From contig BDGG01000013.1 in NCBI GenBank assembly GCA_001949185.1, positions 748,581 to 812,580 on the forward strand: a stretch of DNA of 64,000 nt. The letters run 5' to 3'. Positions 1-10,386 of the stretch are shown piece by piece (the first letter of the stretch is position 1; every line of letters begins with the position of its first letter). This stretch comes from Ramazzottius varieornatus. Lineage: Eukaryota > Animalia > Tardigrada. The notes below the pieces were generated by a model. The model did no database searches, was not told where the DNA came from, and was given only the letters and a program-made list of their open reading frames with translations. A program made the position numbers and the translations under genes.

Positions 1-837
1 TCTTACAGATGACAGAACATCTGACGTCCAAGGTAATTTTACGTTTCAGCGACATTGACGAAAGTTCGAAAGAAGAGAAGCCTGAAATTGTGATGGAGTA
101 CAACCGAACGAAAGCCGGGGTAGACACTCTGGACCAGCTCACCGGAAACTACAGTTGTCGACGTAAGACCAGTCGTTGGCCGATGGCATTGTTTTACGAC
201 ATTCTGGACATCTCAGCGCTCGATGCGTACATCATATGGTGCGAGATCAACCCTGGTTGGAATTCCACGTTGCCCACCAAACGTCGGATGTTCCTTCAAG
301 ACGTTAGTAAGAAGATGATGCAACGACAGCTCCTGAGACGCTCCACGACGCCTAGTATTAGTTTCAGCATGAAGAAATTCGTATCGACCGTTGTACCACG
401 CGTCCAAGTATCTTCAGATCAAGCAGTAGATGAGATGGCCAACACAAGCAAACCGAAAGCTTTGCAAAAGAAGCCAACTCGCTGTCGATTTTGCCCACGG
501 AGTCTTGGGCGAAGAAGTATCATCACTTGCAGTCTGTGTAGTCTTCATGTTTGTTCTGTCCATAGATCAGCAAAACAGATGGTTTTTTGTCTAGACTGCA
601 GCGAGAAGAAATCTAAATGAAATCGAATATCAAAGTAAATCTACTGCATCATTACCCAGGTCAACTGGCGGTACACAGTGTTGTTTCCATATGGTATCGT
701 TCGCCACTTCACGTGGGTGTATTTTGATTGGTCGCTTTGTACCGCCCCCCTTCTCTCGACCAGTTAAAACGGTGCGCAAGTGAGTTGTACCCTTGGTATT
801 CTAACAGCATGAAATCGCGTGGTGCTCAGAGTGTTAA
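1..837 (+). mobile_element. 3' part of a piggyBac-family transposon (transposase C-terminus 9-620, probable right end at TTAA 834-837)
   Basis: The ORF contains YNRTKAGVDTLDQ, YSCRRKTSRWPMALFY and a C-terminal Cys-rich domain (CRFC..CSLC..VC..H..C..C), all typical of piggyBac transposases. GTGCTCAGAGTG-TTAA downstream is a plausible end; the left end lies outside the window. Confidence 0.85.
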
Positions 838-1020
838 GGAGGCTTTTCGTCAGCCAGCTCTTAAGTAAAAATTTGGTCAAAACCGAAATATTCTCTCGAA
901 TTTTTCAGAAAGCTGCTAGCCAGTTCACGTCTTTTTTAAATGGAAGCGACAAAGTTTCTGAAAGCAAACGCGAAAATTTGAGACGAAAAGGTTCAACAGA
1001 AGTCATTCCGCAAGGCTTTT

Positions 1021-1068
1021 GGGGTGCACCAAGCAACCGGGGTACCCCCTTGGTCGTTTAAGTGTTAA
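1021..1068 (+). repeat. second piggyBac-like terminus (GGTCGTTTAAGTG-TTAA)
   Basis: Ends in AGTG followed by TTAA like the 837 end. No partner TIR is present in the window. Confidence 0.35.
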
Positions 1069-1147
1069 ACACCGCGGGCAACATTTTGACGTGTTGCACT
1101 TCGAAATAAAAATTACCCCGTGTTTTGTTTTTGGTAGAGTATGGGTC

Positions 1148-1475
1148 GTATTTATGACTAAAATCTCGGGGCTCCAGGGCCCGGAAAAACCATGTGTTGG
1201 CGTTATTGCACGTGTGTTAAACGAAGCAGGAGTCGCTCCAGGTCCGAAGTGTGGAAATGGGAGAAATTGTGAAATGAGCCCTAAGCTAAAGGTCTTGTGG
1301 CTAGAGCATCACTCAATCAGCAGTCAGCATGTCCGCTGATTTTCTTACCATGGGACCTTCATGTGAGGCCCGCTTCACAATCTCGCCCACTACTACACTT
1401 CGGACCCGATGCGACGCCTGGTACGTTGGCGTACACTGGCTCACTGGGCACACCCCCGTCTTCGTTCAAAAATAC
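1148..1475. mobile_element. degenerate foldback/MITE-like inverted repeat
   Basis: 1227-1300 is the imperfect reverse complement of 1348-1421 (shared core GGTCCGAAGTGT). Weaker pairing extends to about 1148/1475. Confidence 0.65.
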
Positions 1476-1879
1476 ATAACTTATCTGGACATCCCTACCT
1501 CCGCTCGAAAATCCATAACTTGCTTCGTTGACGACCGATTTCGATATTTCCAAAACTCTTGAATAGATTAATGTTTTTTCTTTACGATCACGTAACTTTT
1601 ATGCGACCTGAACAACAGATCAACTGGCAGCAATCGGCCTACGAACCTCTAAGACGGCCTTGTTTTCGGCACCGTTCTGGGGTTGCCAGCCAGCAACTAC
1701 CGCAGCACACTTCTCCCTTCAGATAGCGCCATTATCGGTCGCATAAGAGTTACGTGATCGTAAAGAAGAAACATTAATCTATTCAAAAGTATTGGAAATG
1801 TCGAAATCGGTCGTCGACGAAGCAAGTTATGGACTTTTGAACGGAGGTAGGGATGCCCAGATACTTATGAGCGACAGTG
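1475..1879. mobile_element. Tc1/mariner-type MITE, left tip truncated; same family as 27412-27994
   Basis: Inverted arms of ~130 bp (1480-1608 vs 1737-1868). The right end is CAGTG followed by TA. Internal 1620-1710 aligns with 27567-27650. Confidence 0.8.
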
Positions 1880-2211
1880 TAATGCTCCGTGTACAAAAGA
1901 TCGTAGTGCGTTTGGCTACTGACCAACAGCAAGAGCGATTGTTGGGATCAATTCGATGTGGCCGACGTCCAGTAGCACGATTGTGAAGCGTGCGAAAAAT
2001 CGGTTCAAAGGTACAAACCGAAGAGGTCATGTCTAAAAGCGTGGCTGTATGGCATAGGGCGCTGCATACGGCGCAGCTTGATTATGCAAGAAGGCCGCAG
2101 GTTTTCGGTTCCATAATGAAAAACAGGAATGAGCAAAGAAAGGTACACTATCAACAAAAGTCAGAGAAGAACGTCGGTGATTCGGCAGCACGAGATGAGT
2201 GGCTTTAGTCG

Positions 2212-3378
2212 TTACGACAAAGGTCGCCGTCGCAGGGTGCGCAACACGGCTTCCCGTAGACGTCTGAGCGCCAAAGTAAAGCATATTGGATCCGCGATGG
2301 TTTCGAGTAAGAGCAAGATATTCGCTGCCTGTTCGACAACCGGCCAGTTCACCCTCATGTATGAAATGACGGTGTAGTAAACAAGGGAAGGTGTCCAAAA
2401 GACCATCATGGTTAAAGTCATCAAAGTTAGCAGTACGAACCCACCACGACGGTTTCTGCGACCCTTCTTCCTTTGCACATCAGGAGCCGTTTCAGAGACC
2501 TGCTTGGAGCTTTCTGCTGGAGCACCCGTCGGGTCATTAGTAGCCCTCCTGAGTCGTCCGACAGTCAGCGACGTAGCATTGGCTTGGTTCGAAACGGTGT
2601 TCCGCGCTTTTAGAGACTTGTACGCAATATAGGGGTACGAGCAGATTATGAGGAGTACCGGAATCTTAAACAAACACCACTCCATAGCCGTCGTCGATGC
2701 CAGCTGTGCCATAGGATTGATGAAACAACCATACTCTGTTGGCATACGGTAGTACAGGGCATCAGCGATGAGACCTGGCAGGAAGAACGCGTGCACGTAG
2801 ATCCAAATGAAGACACAAAGTCCAATTGAAAGCCTCTTCTTGTGGTAATTGCGGTAGGTGACAGGGCTCGTTACAGCCCAGATGCGGTTCATAGTAATGA
2901 GGAGGTGTGAGCAGACCATCACTGCTTGGATGGATAAACCGTAGATGAAGACGGTACACGCGGTAGAGCCCAGCCACCAGTACGACCGGAGGTAATTGGC
3001 AATGTTCAGCGGCATTTGGATAAAGGTTTGAACGAGGTTGGTGAGCAGCAAATTGACGATGTAGACGTTGAAAGCTGTCTTTAGGTGAGAATCCCGAGCA
3101 ATCACGTATAAAACCACGCCGTTCAGAACGGTGGAAAGTAGCATGATGATCAGAAAGCAGACTGGTACAGCAGACCAAGATGCCGATTCTAGTTTCGGTC
3201 CCCAGCTCGTGGCGTTAGGAGTGAAGTTTCCAATGGGTCCATTGGTGAAATTGTCGGCCAGATTTAGGCTTATCCCTTGCGGGAACCATAATACGGAAGT
3301 ATTCAGACGCATGGTAGACATCGAGGAAGTTATGCATACCGTGCTATGACTGACGATAAATTTTGAGCTTAGCTCCAT
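2212..3378 (-). CDS. intronless rhodopsin-like (class A) GPCR, orphan
   Basis: 388 aa with 7 hydrophobic segments, TM1 Asn (VLNGVV), W..G...C before TM3, NRIWAV at the DRY position and DPICF at the NPxxY position. Confidence 0.9.
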   Translation of the reverse strand: MELSSKFIVSHSTVCITSSMSTMRLNTSVLWFPQGISLNLADNFTNGPIGNFTPNATSWGPKLESASWSAVPVCFLIIMLLSTVLNGVVLYVIARDSHLKTAFNVYIVNLLLTNLVQTFIQMPLNIANYLRSYWWLGSTACTVFIYGLSIQAVMVCSHLLITMNRIWAVTSPVTYRNYHKKRLSIGLCVFIWIYVHAFFLPGLIADALYYRMPTEYGCFINPMAQLASTTAMEWCLFKIPVLLIICSYPYIAYKSLKARNTVSNQANATSLTVGRLRRATNDPTGAPAESSKQVSETAPDVQRKKGRRNRRGGFVLLTLMTLTMMVFWTPSLVYYTVISYMRVNWPVVEQAANILLLLETIADPICFTLALRRLREAVLRTLRRRPLS

Positions 3379-4276
3379 CAGCTTGGCTCTACGAGCCGCA
3401 GCACTTCGCTAGCGCCCGTCAATTACGGGCTCCAGGAAGCAAGCTTCCGGGCTGCCGGAGTGTGGCCTGGTACATGGCAGGATTGTTCAACGGTGTCTTA
3501 CTTCACAACACTGTGCAGTGCTTCTAGCGCTTCATCTAACGCGACAGGTACTCTTTTCTCACAGCATACCCAGTCTGGCTGGGTCAGTCATACAGCAAGA
3601 CAAAGAAAGCGACCCCTGTACCGTAGCTCCGCAGTAGGAAACTAATGGTCGGGAGTAAGCATCTCCTGACTTTCGTTCTATTCAACCTCTCCGCCGATTC
3701 AGATTTCAGATAAGCACAGAAATGCAGGAAGTATTGGACCGTAAGGAAAAGGTGGCGCTGTGTGATACTAATGAACTACTTTCAAACTCCGAGTGCTACC
3801 GGCCCGTGTTCAATTAACGGACCACTGCCTCGAAGCTGGCCACATTGTCTGGGGCATAATGGACGCTTCTCGAACATACCACGCCTGGCGAAGTCTCCCT
3901 CTGCTCCGGGTCCGTTTGCAAAGGACTCATTTCCCAAGAAAACAGCGAACACGATATGCTATCACTGTGTTGACGTACACCTGTTGTGCTAGTCAGAGGT
4001 ACAAAGCCACTCAACGATTTTCTAAATTGCATTTCTCTCTGAGTCGTATTTCCGAGTTTCCAGCCCCATTAGTATACGGAAAATCTATCAGAATTCGAGT
4101 AGTTGGGTGATGGCTCCGGATGACAGCAGCACACACAACAATATGTGCATGAATATGTACAAGGAAATCTTTGTGAGCAGAAAAATTCAAAATGGAGTTT
4201 GGATGAAAGAAATGCAGAGCAAAATATGCAATGGCCTAAGAAAAAGAACCATCTTGAATACTTTATACCTATGTAA

Positions 4277-4757
4277 TACGGTTGCGCATGGCTCCGCATG
4301 CTACCCGCGCTACCTAAATACTCCGCATACTACCTTAATTCTACTGTAAGCTACGCACCACCATAGTGATCCGCGTACTACCTTTCGCCGCACTCTTATT
4401 CCACGTACTGTACTACGTATAGTTTAATGTCGGGTGTTTGTCTAAACGTTAATTCTCATCACTATTCTGTGACTTGGTCCGATTCCGCCGCCGCGCGCTC
4501 CTCTTTTCGCGCTGTAATGACACCTTCCGTATTTCTTCGATAATTTCGAGTTAGAGACAGAACGCCAGCTGACGGACGAGGCAGCGGCCATATTTTCCCA
4601 GATTTTAGCGTTATGTAGTGCGCAGAGTAAGTCGCATTGTCAATACCGTCAGTTATTAAAAGGTAGTAGGCGAAGGTTTTGGTGGTGTGAAATCTCCAAA
4701 TGGAAGTATGCGAGGCATTTAGGTAGTGCGGGCAGCATGCGGAGCCGAATACCGAAT
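4277..4757. mobile_element. MITE with ~45-bp terminal inverted repeats
   Basis: GGCTCCGCATGCTACCCGCGCTACCTAAATACTCCGCATACT (from 4290) pairs with AGTATGCGAGGCATTTAGGTAGTGCGGGCAGCATGCGGAGCC (to 4746). Interior is non-coding; exact tips are uncertain. Confidence 0.7.
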
Positions 4758-5367
4758 ACTGTTGATACTGTTAATACTGTTGATAATTTCACTCAGTGTA
4801 AAGAAATCCCCGAGTTGATGACCATGTATCATACTCAGGCTACGCGCTCTGTAGGGCGACAAAGATTTTCTGGCAAGATCGACAATCGCATCCTTATAGG
4901 GAGCTTTCCACTGTTTTGACGCACAATGCCCCGAGAATGTGCATTAGCAAGTCATGCAGGTATGGTAGGGTGAGGTTTGTGCTCATGTCTTTTGCAGAAA
5001 GCAGGGACCCGGAAGTCAGCCGGACAAAGCTTGTATGACTCACCATCATTTGCGGAAGTGCACACCGAGTCTGATTAATTGAGGTAGATAAGGTATCAGT
5101 AACGGCTTTGTTGTTGACAGGAGTATCTACCCTTCCGTACGATAAGTGGTCGCGCATTCGGTATGTTGGGTCTGTGAAGAACGCAATTTAAGAAATTCAA
5201 TGGAAATTGTGACCAAATGTGACCAAACACCTCAGAACAAAACTAATTCTTGAATATGTTTCCACCCAGCACTTTTATGAGCCTATCAATCTGCAACCGT
5301 ACTTGAAAATAGTCGAGCTGACATTCCTCTCATCAAAATCTTGTTTCCTGTACCTGGACACAGAAAA

Positions 5368-8300
5368 ATGGGCGCTCGGACTTCGCAGTTGCAGTCGGGC
5401 AGGGGGACCAATTCATCTAAGCCGTTACCCGTGCGGATGAATACGCTTCGACAAATAAAGGCAGCGCCTGAGGTCATTCCTTCACATAGCCACTTACCTA
5501 CTCCTGACTATTCAAAGGAGTCGAGTTCGCAGCCAGCGGAAGACCTTACCCCATCACTAGCCGCCGAACTGTTGGAGCTACTCCTTGACACAAATGCAGT
5601 GCGTCATGAGAAAGTTATCAGTCTGCTTCAAAGTTCCCGACCCGACCTCACTCTGGACGCTTCTGGACTGAAACCCATCCACGTCGCGGTTGTGACTGGA
5701 AACATGGAGCTGCTTCGACAGGTCCTCGAAACACGAGGAACGGACGCGAACGCTCGGGCAGCGGGTCTGACAGCGCTACACCTGGCTGCTCAGTATCTGA
5801 ACCCTGCTGCTGTCCGAGAACTGCTCAACCACCCGCTCACCCATATCAACTCACAAACAACCCTTGAGCAACAGACGCCGTTGATGGTGGCGTTGTCAAC
5901 TGATCATAAAGGCCCGGATGAGGATCGGCTGGAAATTATTCAAACGATCCTGGAGAACGAGCAATGTCATCTGGACCAGCAAGATACCGATGGGTGGATT
6001 GCCCTGACGTACGCTGCGAGAACAGGAAATTGGGACGCAGGATGGTTACTGTTGGCTGAGGAACGCTCGCAAGTTTACACAATCGATCAACTGTTGAATG
6101 CTTGTCGCGTTGCCTATCTGAGTGGAAACGAAGCTTTTTGTGATATTTTGATGCAGAGCATAACCGATGGACAACGAGCGGAAATACGAAAGAAAATTAC
6201 AGCATTGAAGGGTAAAACTTTTGAATACGAATAGCGAGAAAACTGTGGCCGAACTTTTCGAGTATTCGAGCTTTTCGCAGAGAACTGCCACACGACTCCA
6301 CTATTACGAAGCTTATTGAAAGATGCCCAGCAATGGCTAGAGCCAAGCGGGCCTACAGTGGAGAACCATCCGTCTTGGGACAATCAAGATCAGCTCCTAC
6401 AAGTAGGAAGTATCGTCCTACTTCATCCTGACAAGGTCGCTGTGAGAAAGCTCCAAAAAGACATCGGTGGCTGGCTGGACAGTCTGGAGAATGTGTCGGG
6501 ACAGCGTGGGATTGTAAGAAGTATCAGCCAGGACGGAGTACTCGCTGTCGACTTTGGGTATTTCCGCCTGGTCACTAGCGACAACGACAACCGGCTAAGA
6601 TATGTCAACCCGAAAGTGGTGAAAAGACTGTCTCAAGGTAGAGCCGTCAACAATAAGCGTCCTAATTCTCCAAAGCGGAGCGTTAATGTGATGAAGTTGC
6701 AGACGACTACAATACTCATGACATCGATGGAACTATGATGAGCGCTGGAGACGTTGTTCGCCTGTTTTCTGATCGAGAAACTGTGGCGCAGTGTCAAAGT
6801 AGATTTGGTGACTACGACAGCAACATGGACCAACTGCTCGGTCAGCCTGGTGTGCTGAAGTACTATGATCACAAATGCGATCCTGTTGTCGTCATTGCCG
6901 GTCAGGAGTGGCTAATAGATGCACAAGCTCTACGCAAAGTTACCACCGGTAATCGCGCACGTCTACCTTACGGAATGTGCTCAACTATTTATATCAAGCC
7001 AGTTGACTGAGTAGTACCTTCTTGCTATAGTTGAATGCGCCGACGGGAAACTGGCCCAGGTTGGAAGCCGTCTTGACCTCTCGTCCAACAAATCGACGTT
7101 CAAACACCTCCAGTCATCCGAAGTGTATGGTGGATGGAATGAAAAGATGGTGACAGTACTTGGAAAAGAAGGCGTGGTCACACATATTGGCTGTAGTTGT
7201 TATGTCATCACCGCCAGACCGGACTGTTTCCTTACTGTCCGTGTTGGGCACGTGGAAATGGATGTCAATCCCAAATTGTTGACCGTAACAAGCGACGATG
7301 ACAAGACCCTTATAAGACTACCTCAAAATGGCGTTGGCGTTCACAGTCACAGAGACCAACCACAGTACCGGGATCTCGGCCAAAAGGGCAGTTCTCATCC
7401 GGAATCCGACCAGAAAAGCTGGCCCACTTATGACAGTTTTTCACAGAGCGGAGAAGAAGACGCCGTTGATAAGAGAATATCAAGGCAAAATTCCGGGAAG
7501 CCAGTGCTCAACCTGCAGAATGGATCTGATGCAGAAAACGATGGTGAAATAAATTCGACCGTCAAGCTGCCACTGGCAACGTCCCTGTCTGTATCCAGCG
7601 AGGACTCGAAAGTCTCATCTGTGATGTCCCAACTGCAGAGTAAGCCACAGTAATTTCTCAAGAGAGGGTATACCGGTTTTCCGCACCGAAGTCCGACGAC
7701 TCGAGTCCCATGTCTGTTGCTTGCAGGTTACGCCAAAACTATACCGTTTGATCAGCTGAAAGAGTGGACAAAAATTGGCGCCGGTGGGTTCGCCACCGTC
7801 TATCGAGTAAGATGGAACGCGGCCTACTGCGCTGTCAAAGTTATCAAGATGGATAACATGAAAGACATGCAAGGGAACACAGATGGCGAAGTGGCTGCAT
7901 CGTACGATATTTGGAGCGAAGCAAAGTTTCACAGCCAGTTTATGCATCCACACATTGTGCAGTTCCTGGGCGTCGCCTTCAATCCATCTGACCCCGTTCA
8001 GATGAACGCTTACATGGTCATGCGCTTCGTCGATGGGTACAACCTCGACAAGGCCATATTCAAAAGGAAAGTGGTAAGGAATTTCATGTTTCCAAGAAAG
8101 GCTATCTCGGGTCGTACAGTAGAAAGTTTCGTTTTCTAGCCGATGACAAGAAGAGAAAAAGTCGATATAACATTGCAAATCGCCGATGCAATACGGTATC
8201 TTCACGAAGACGCTCATGTTATCCATAAGGACATCAAACCACAAAACATACTGGTAAGTGTGTTTGTTCAGCAATGGTATGAATAACTGTATTACAGTTG

Positions 8301-8778
8301 GTTGTTTGCTGTGTAGATTGATAAATACAGCAAGCAAGCATACGTCACGGACTTCGGTATCAGTAATGCCTACCACGACACTCCAATACAGACAATGCTT
8401 GCCTTGTATACTAAAGACGCCTGTGGTTCTGTACCCTACATGGCTCCCGAGCTGGTCATTGTGTCGAAGCGCAACAGCATGTACCGCAGGCCGACACCGA
8501 AATCTGACATCTGGTCGTTGGGAGCCACCTTGGTCGAGCTCTTCACCGAAAAGCACTTGTATGGTGCGGAGAACCCCGACTTACATACTCTACTCAACTT
8601 CAAGCAGGATCAGACACTACCGAAAGCGATGGTGGAAGCTCCCGAGCATTTGAAGAGAGTTCTCCAGCCTTGTCTAGACAAGCAACCAGACAAACGACCG
8701 AGCGCCTCAAAACTTCTCAACATGCTGGACGAGCACGAGAAAGCCATGCTGAATGGTGGCGAAGAGTCCGATGTGTAG
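5368..8778 (+). CDS. multi-exon ankyrin-repeat / Mind-bomb-type SH3-like repeat / TKL-like protein kinase
   Basis: Six short GT-AG introns (about 6212-6280, 6638-6701, 6949-7030, 7640-7727, 8074-8139, 8254-8316) join the ORF pieces in frame. Ankyrin motifs PIHVAV, TALHLAA, TPLMVAL. Three repeats such as VGSIV..LQKDIGGW..GQRGIV. Kinase motifs IGAGGFATVY, CAVK, HKDIKPQN, DFG, YMAPE, DIWSLG. Confidence 0.85.
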
Positions 8779-8891
8779 AGGTAGTTCTGTTCTGTGATCA
8801 TATCGCCATTTGAAAGGGAAGCCATCGGAGTTTCACTAGTAGTACCTATTATACGTGTAAACAAGTCATTACTCGGTCAACGCGCTCAAAA

Positions 8892-9541
8892 GGGCATTTG
8901 CTTTATTCAAACAAATAAATTTTTCTTCAAAAGAAGACCACAATGAAACAGGAGACTAAATCAAAATCAACAAGTTACGTGGACACGGTTCTTCCCTTCC
9001 CAAGATTCAAAACGTAAAATATTTCTTCGAGTCCTTTGGTCTCCTTCGCAGTACCCATAGCACAAAAAGCATTACCTCGCTGTATGTCAAGAGACCAGCG
9101 CTGTTTGAAATATCGAAGAGATCTAGTCTCAAAAGAAAACTCAACAAGCTTCTTCCCGATCGCGTTGATCAATTCCGTCGCTGCAGGTCCCCAAGATCCG
9201 GAAGTCTCGAATCCCAAAGGAACGAAGAGGTACTGTGAAGCGATGCCTTGGTATTTCTGGATCTTTCTCTCTTCCGCGTCTTCGGCGGCAGCTCTCACCT
9301 TCTCGCTTGTCTTTCCGACGTAGGACTTCGCCAATGCATCTACCACAGTCACATCCCAAACTAATTCCTTCTCATTCTTCCAAGGTATCATGGTCTTTCC
9401 ATCAGGTCTCAGTCCATCGTCCCGCGAATGTCCTAGTGGTTCCAGAACCGCCGGAACTTGTGCTGAAACGAGGGCTCTTCGCACCGACTCCTTCAGACTA
9501 GCGTGCCTACTGTGGCGTCCCGCGCTCTTTAGACAGCTCAG
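8892..9541 (-). mobile_element. 5'-truncated non-LTR retrotransposon with restriction-like endonuclease (CRE-like), 12-bp TSD
   Basis: Peptide LSCLKSAGRHSRH..RPDG..IPW..LVWDVTVVD..FVPLGFET.G.WG..IQRGNA. Flanked by the direct repeat ACGCGCTCAAAA at 8880-8891 and 9542-9553. Confidence 0.85.
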
Positions 9542-9634
9542 ACGCGCTCAAAACTACTTGCTGCTCTCTACCGAATATCGCGATTACAGAAATCTTTTTC
9601 GTCTCCAGTGAGAAGTCCAAATACAGTATAAGCC

Positions 9635-10056
9635 ATGAAAGTTCCTACTAATAGCAACCAGCGAGCGGCTACAGCCATAGTTATGATCGTGTTAGATCCG
9701 AACCACGAAAACCTCACGCATGTTACTGCTGATCCAGACCGTTTCTTTCACGAATTTTGTTTCTTTCACGAATTTATAGCCAAGCGATCATCAGTAAAGG
9801 ACCCGGTTTGGACTACCTTAAATTTCAACGGTAAACCTAGTTTTGGAGGAAGGCTGTTTATTCTGCAAAAGTAGATAAGAATGGACCGTACGCCCCACTC
9901 GGTCCAGCAGTGAATACGAAACCGGTGGTCCAGCCGAACCCAGTTTCCGGTATCTCGGACCCGATGAATGTTCTGGCCGATCATGGTTTCCTGTTCGCAG
10001 TGGTGGACAAGCATACCAAAACTACAGTTCTCCTGGACAGAGTTGTCCAGTTGTAG
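9635..10056 (+). pseudogene. possible degenerate serpin C-terminal remnant
   Basis: The frame from 9841 reads RKAVYSAKVDKNG...VLADHGFLFAVVDKHTKTTVLLDRVVQL*, resembling the serpin C-terminal signature (ADHPFLF.I.D..T..ILF.GRV). Stops lie upstream. Confidence 0.4.
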
Positions 10057-10386
10057 ACCTGTGAATCGATAAGCGGAACCATCATCCAGCTAACATTCGT
10101 TCTTACCTGTGAGCTGTATCGCTTGACTAATGACCGGAAAAATACTTCGTACCGGTGACTTTATTTGAATTTCATGGTTCTTGCGGTGCCCGGAGTCCAG
10201 TCTGAGACCAGCAAGCATTCTGTTCAGCTACCCGTACCCCTTTCTGGTGAAAGGTAGTTTTCTAACGTGAAAGCAGACATCTCATCGCACAGAAGGCCTT
10301 CGTCTATAAAGTTTGACATGCCATTTAATCGGCGAGCTCATTCCGCCGAGCTAATTTCACCGAGGCTTATCTCGTCCAGCAGAAAA

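Noticed and set aside
7615-8556. 313-aa minus-strand ORF
   Set aside because: Lies opposite the kinase exons and has no recognisable motifs.
9741-9775. 17-bp tandem duplication GTTTCTTTCACGAATTT
   Set aside because: Simple local duplication with no further structure.
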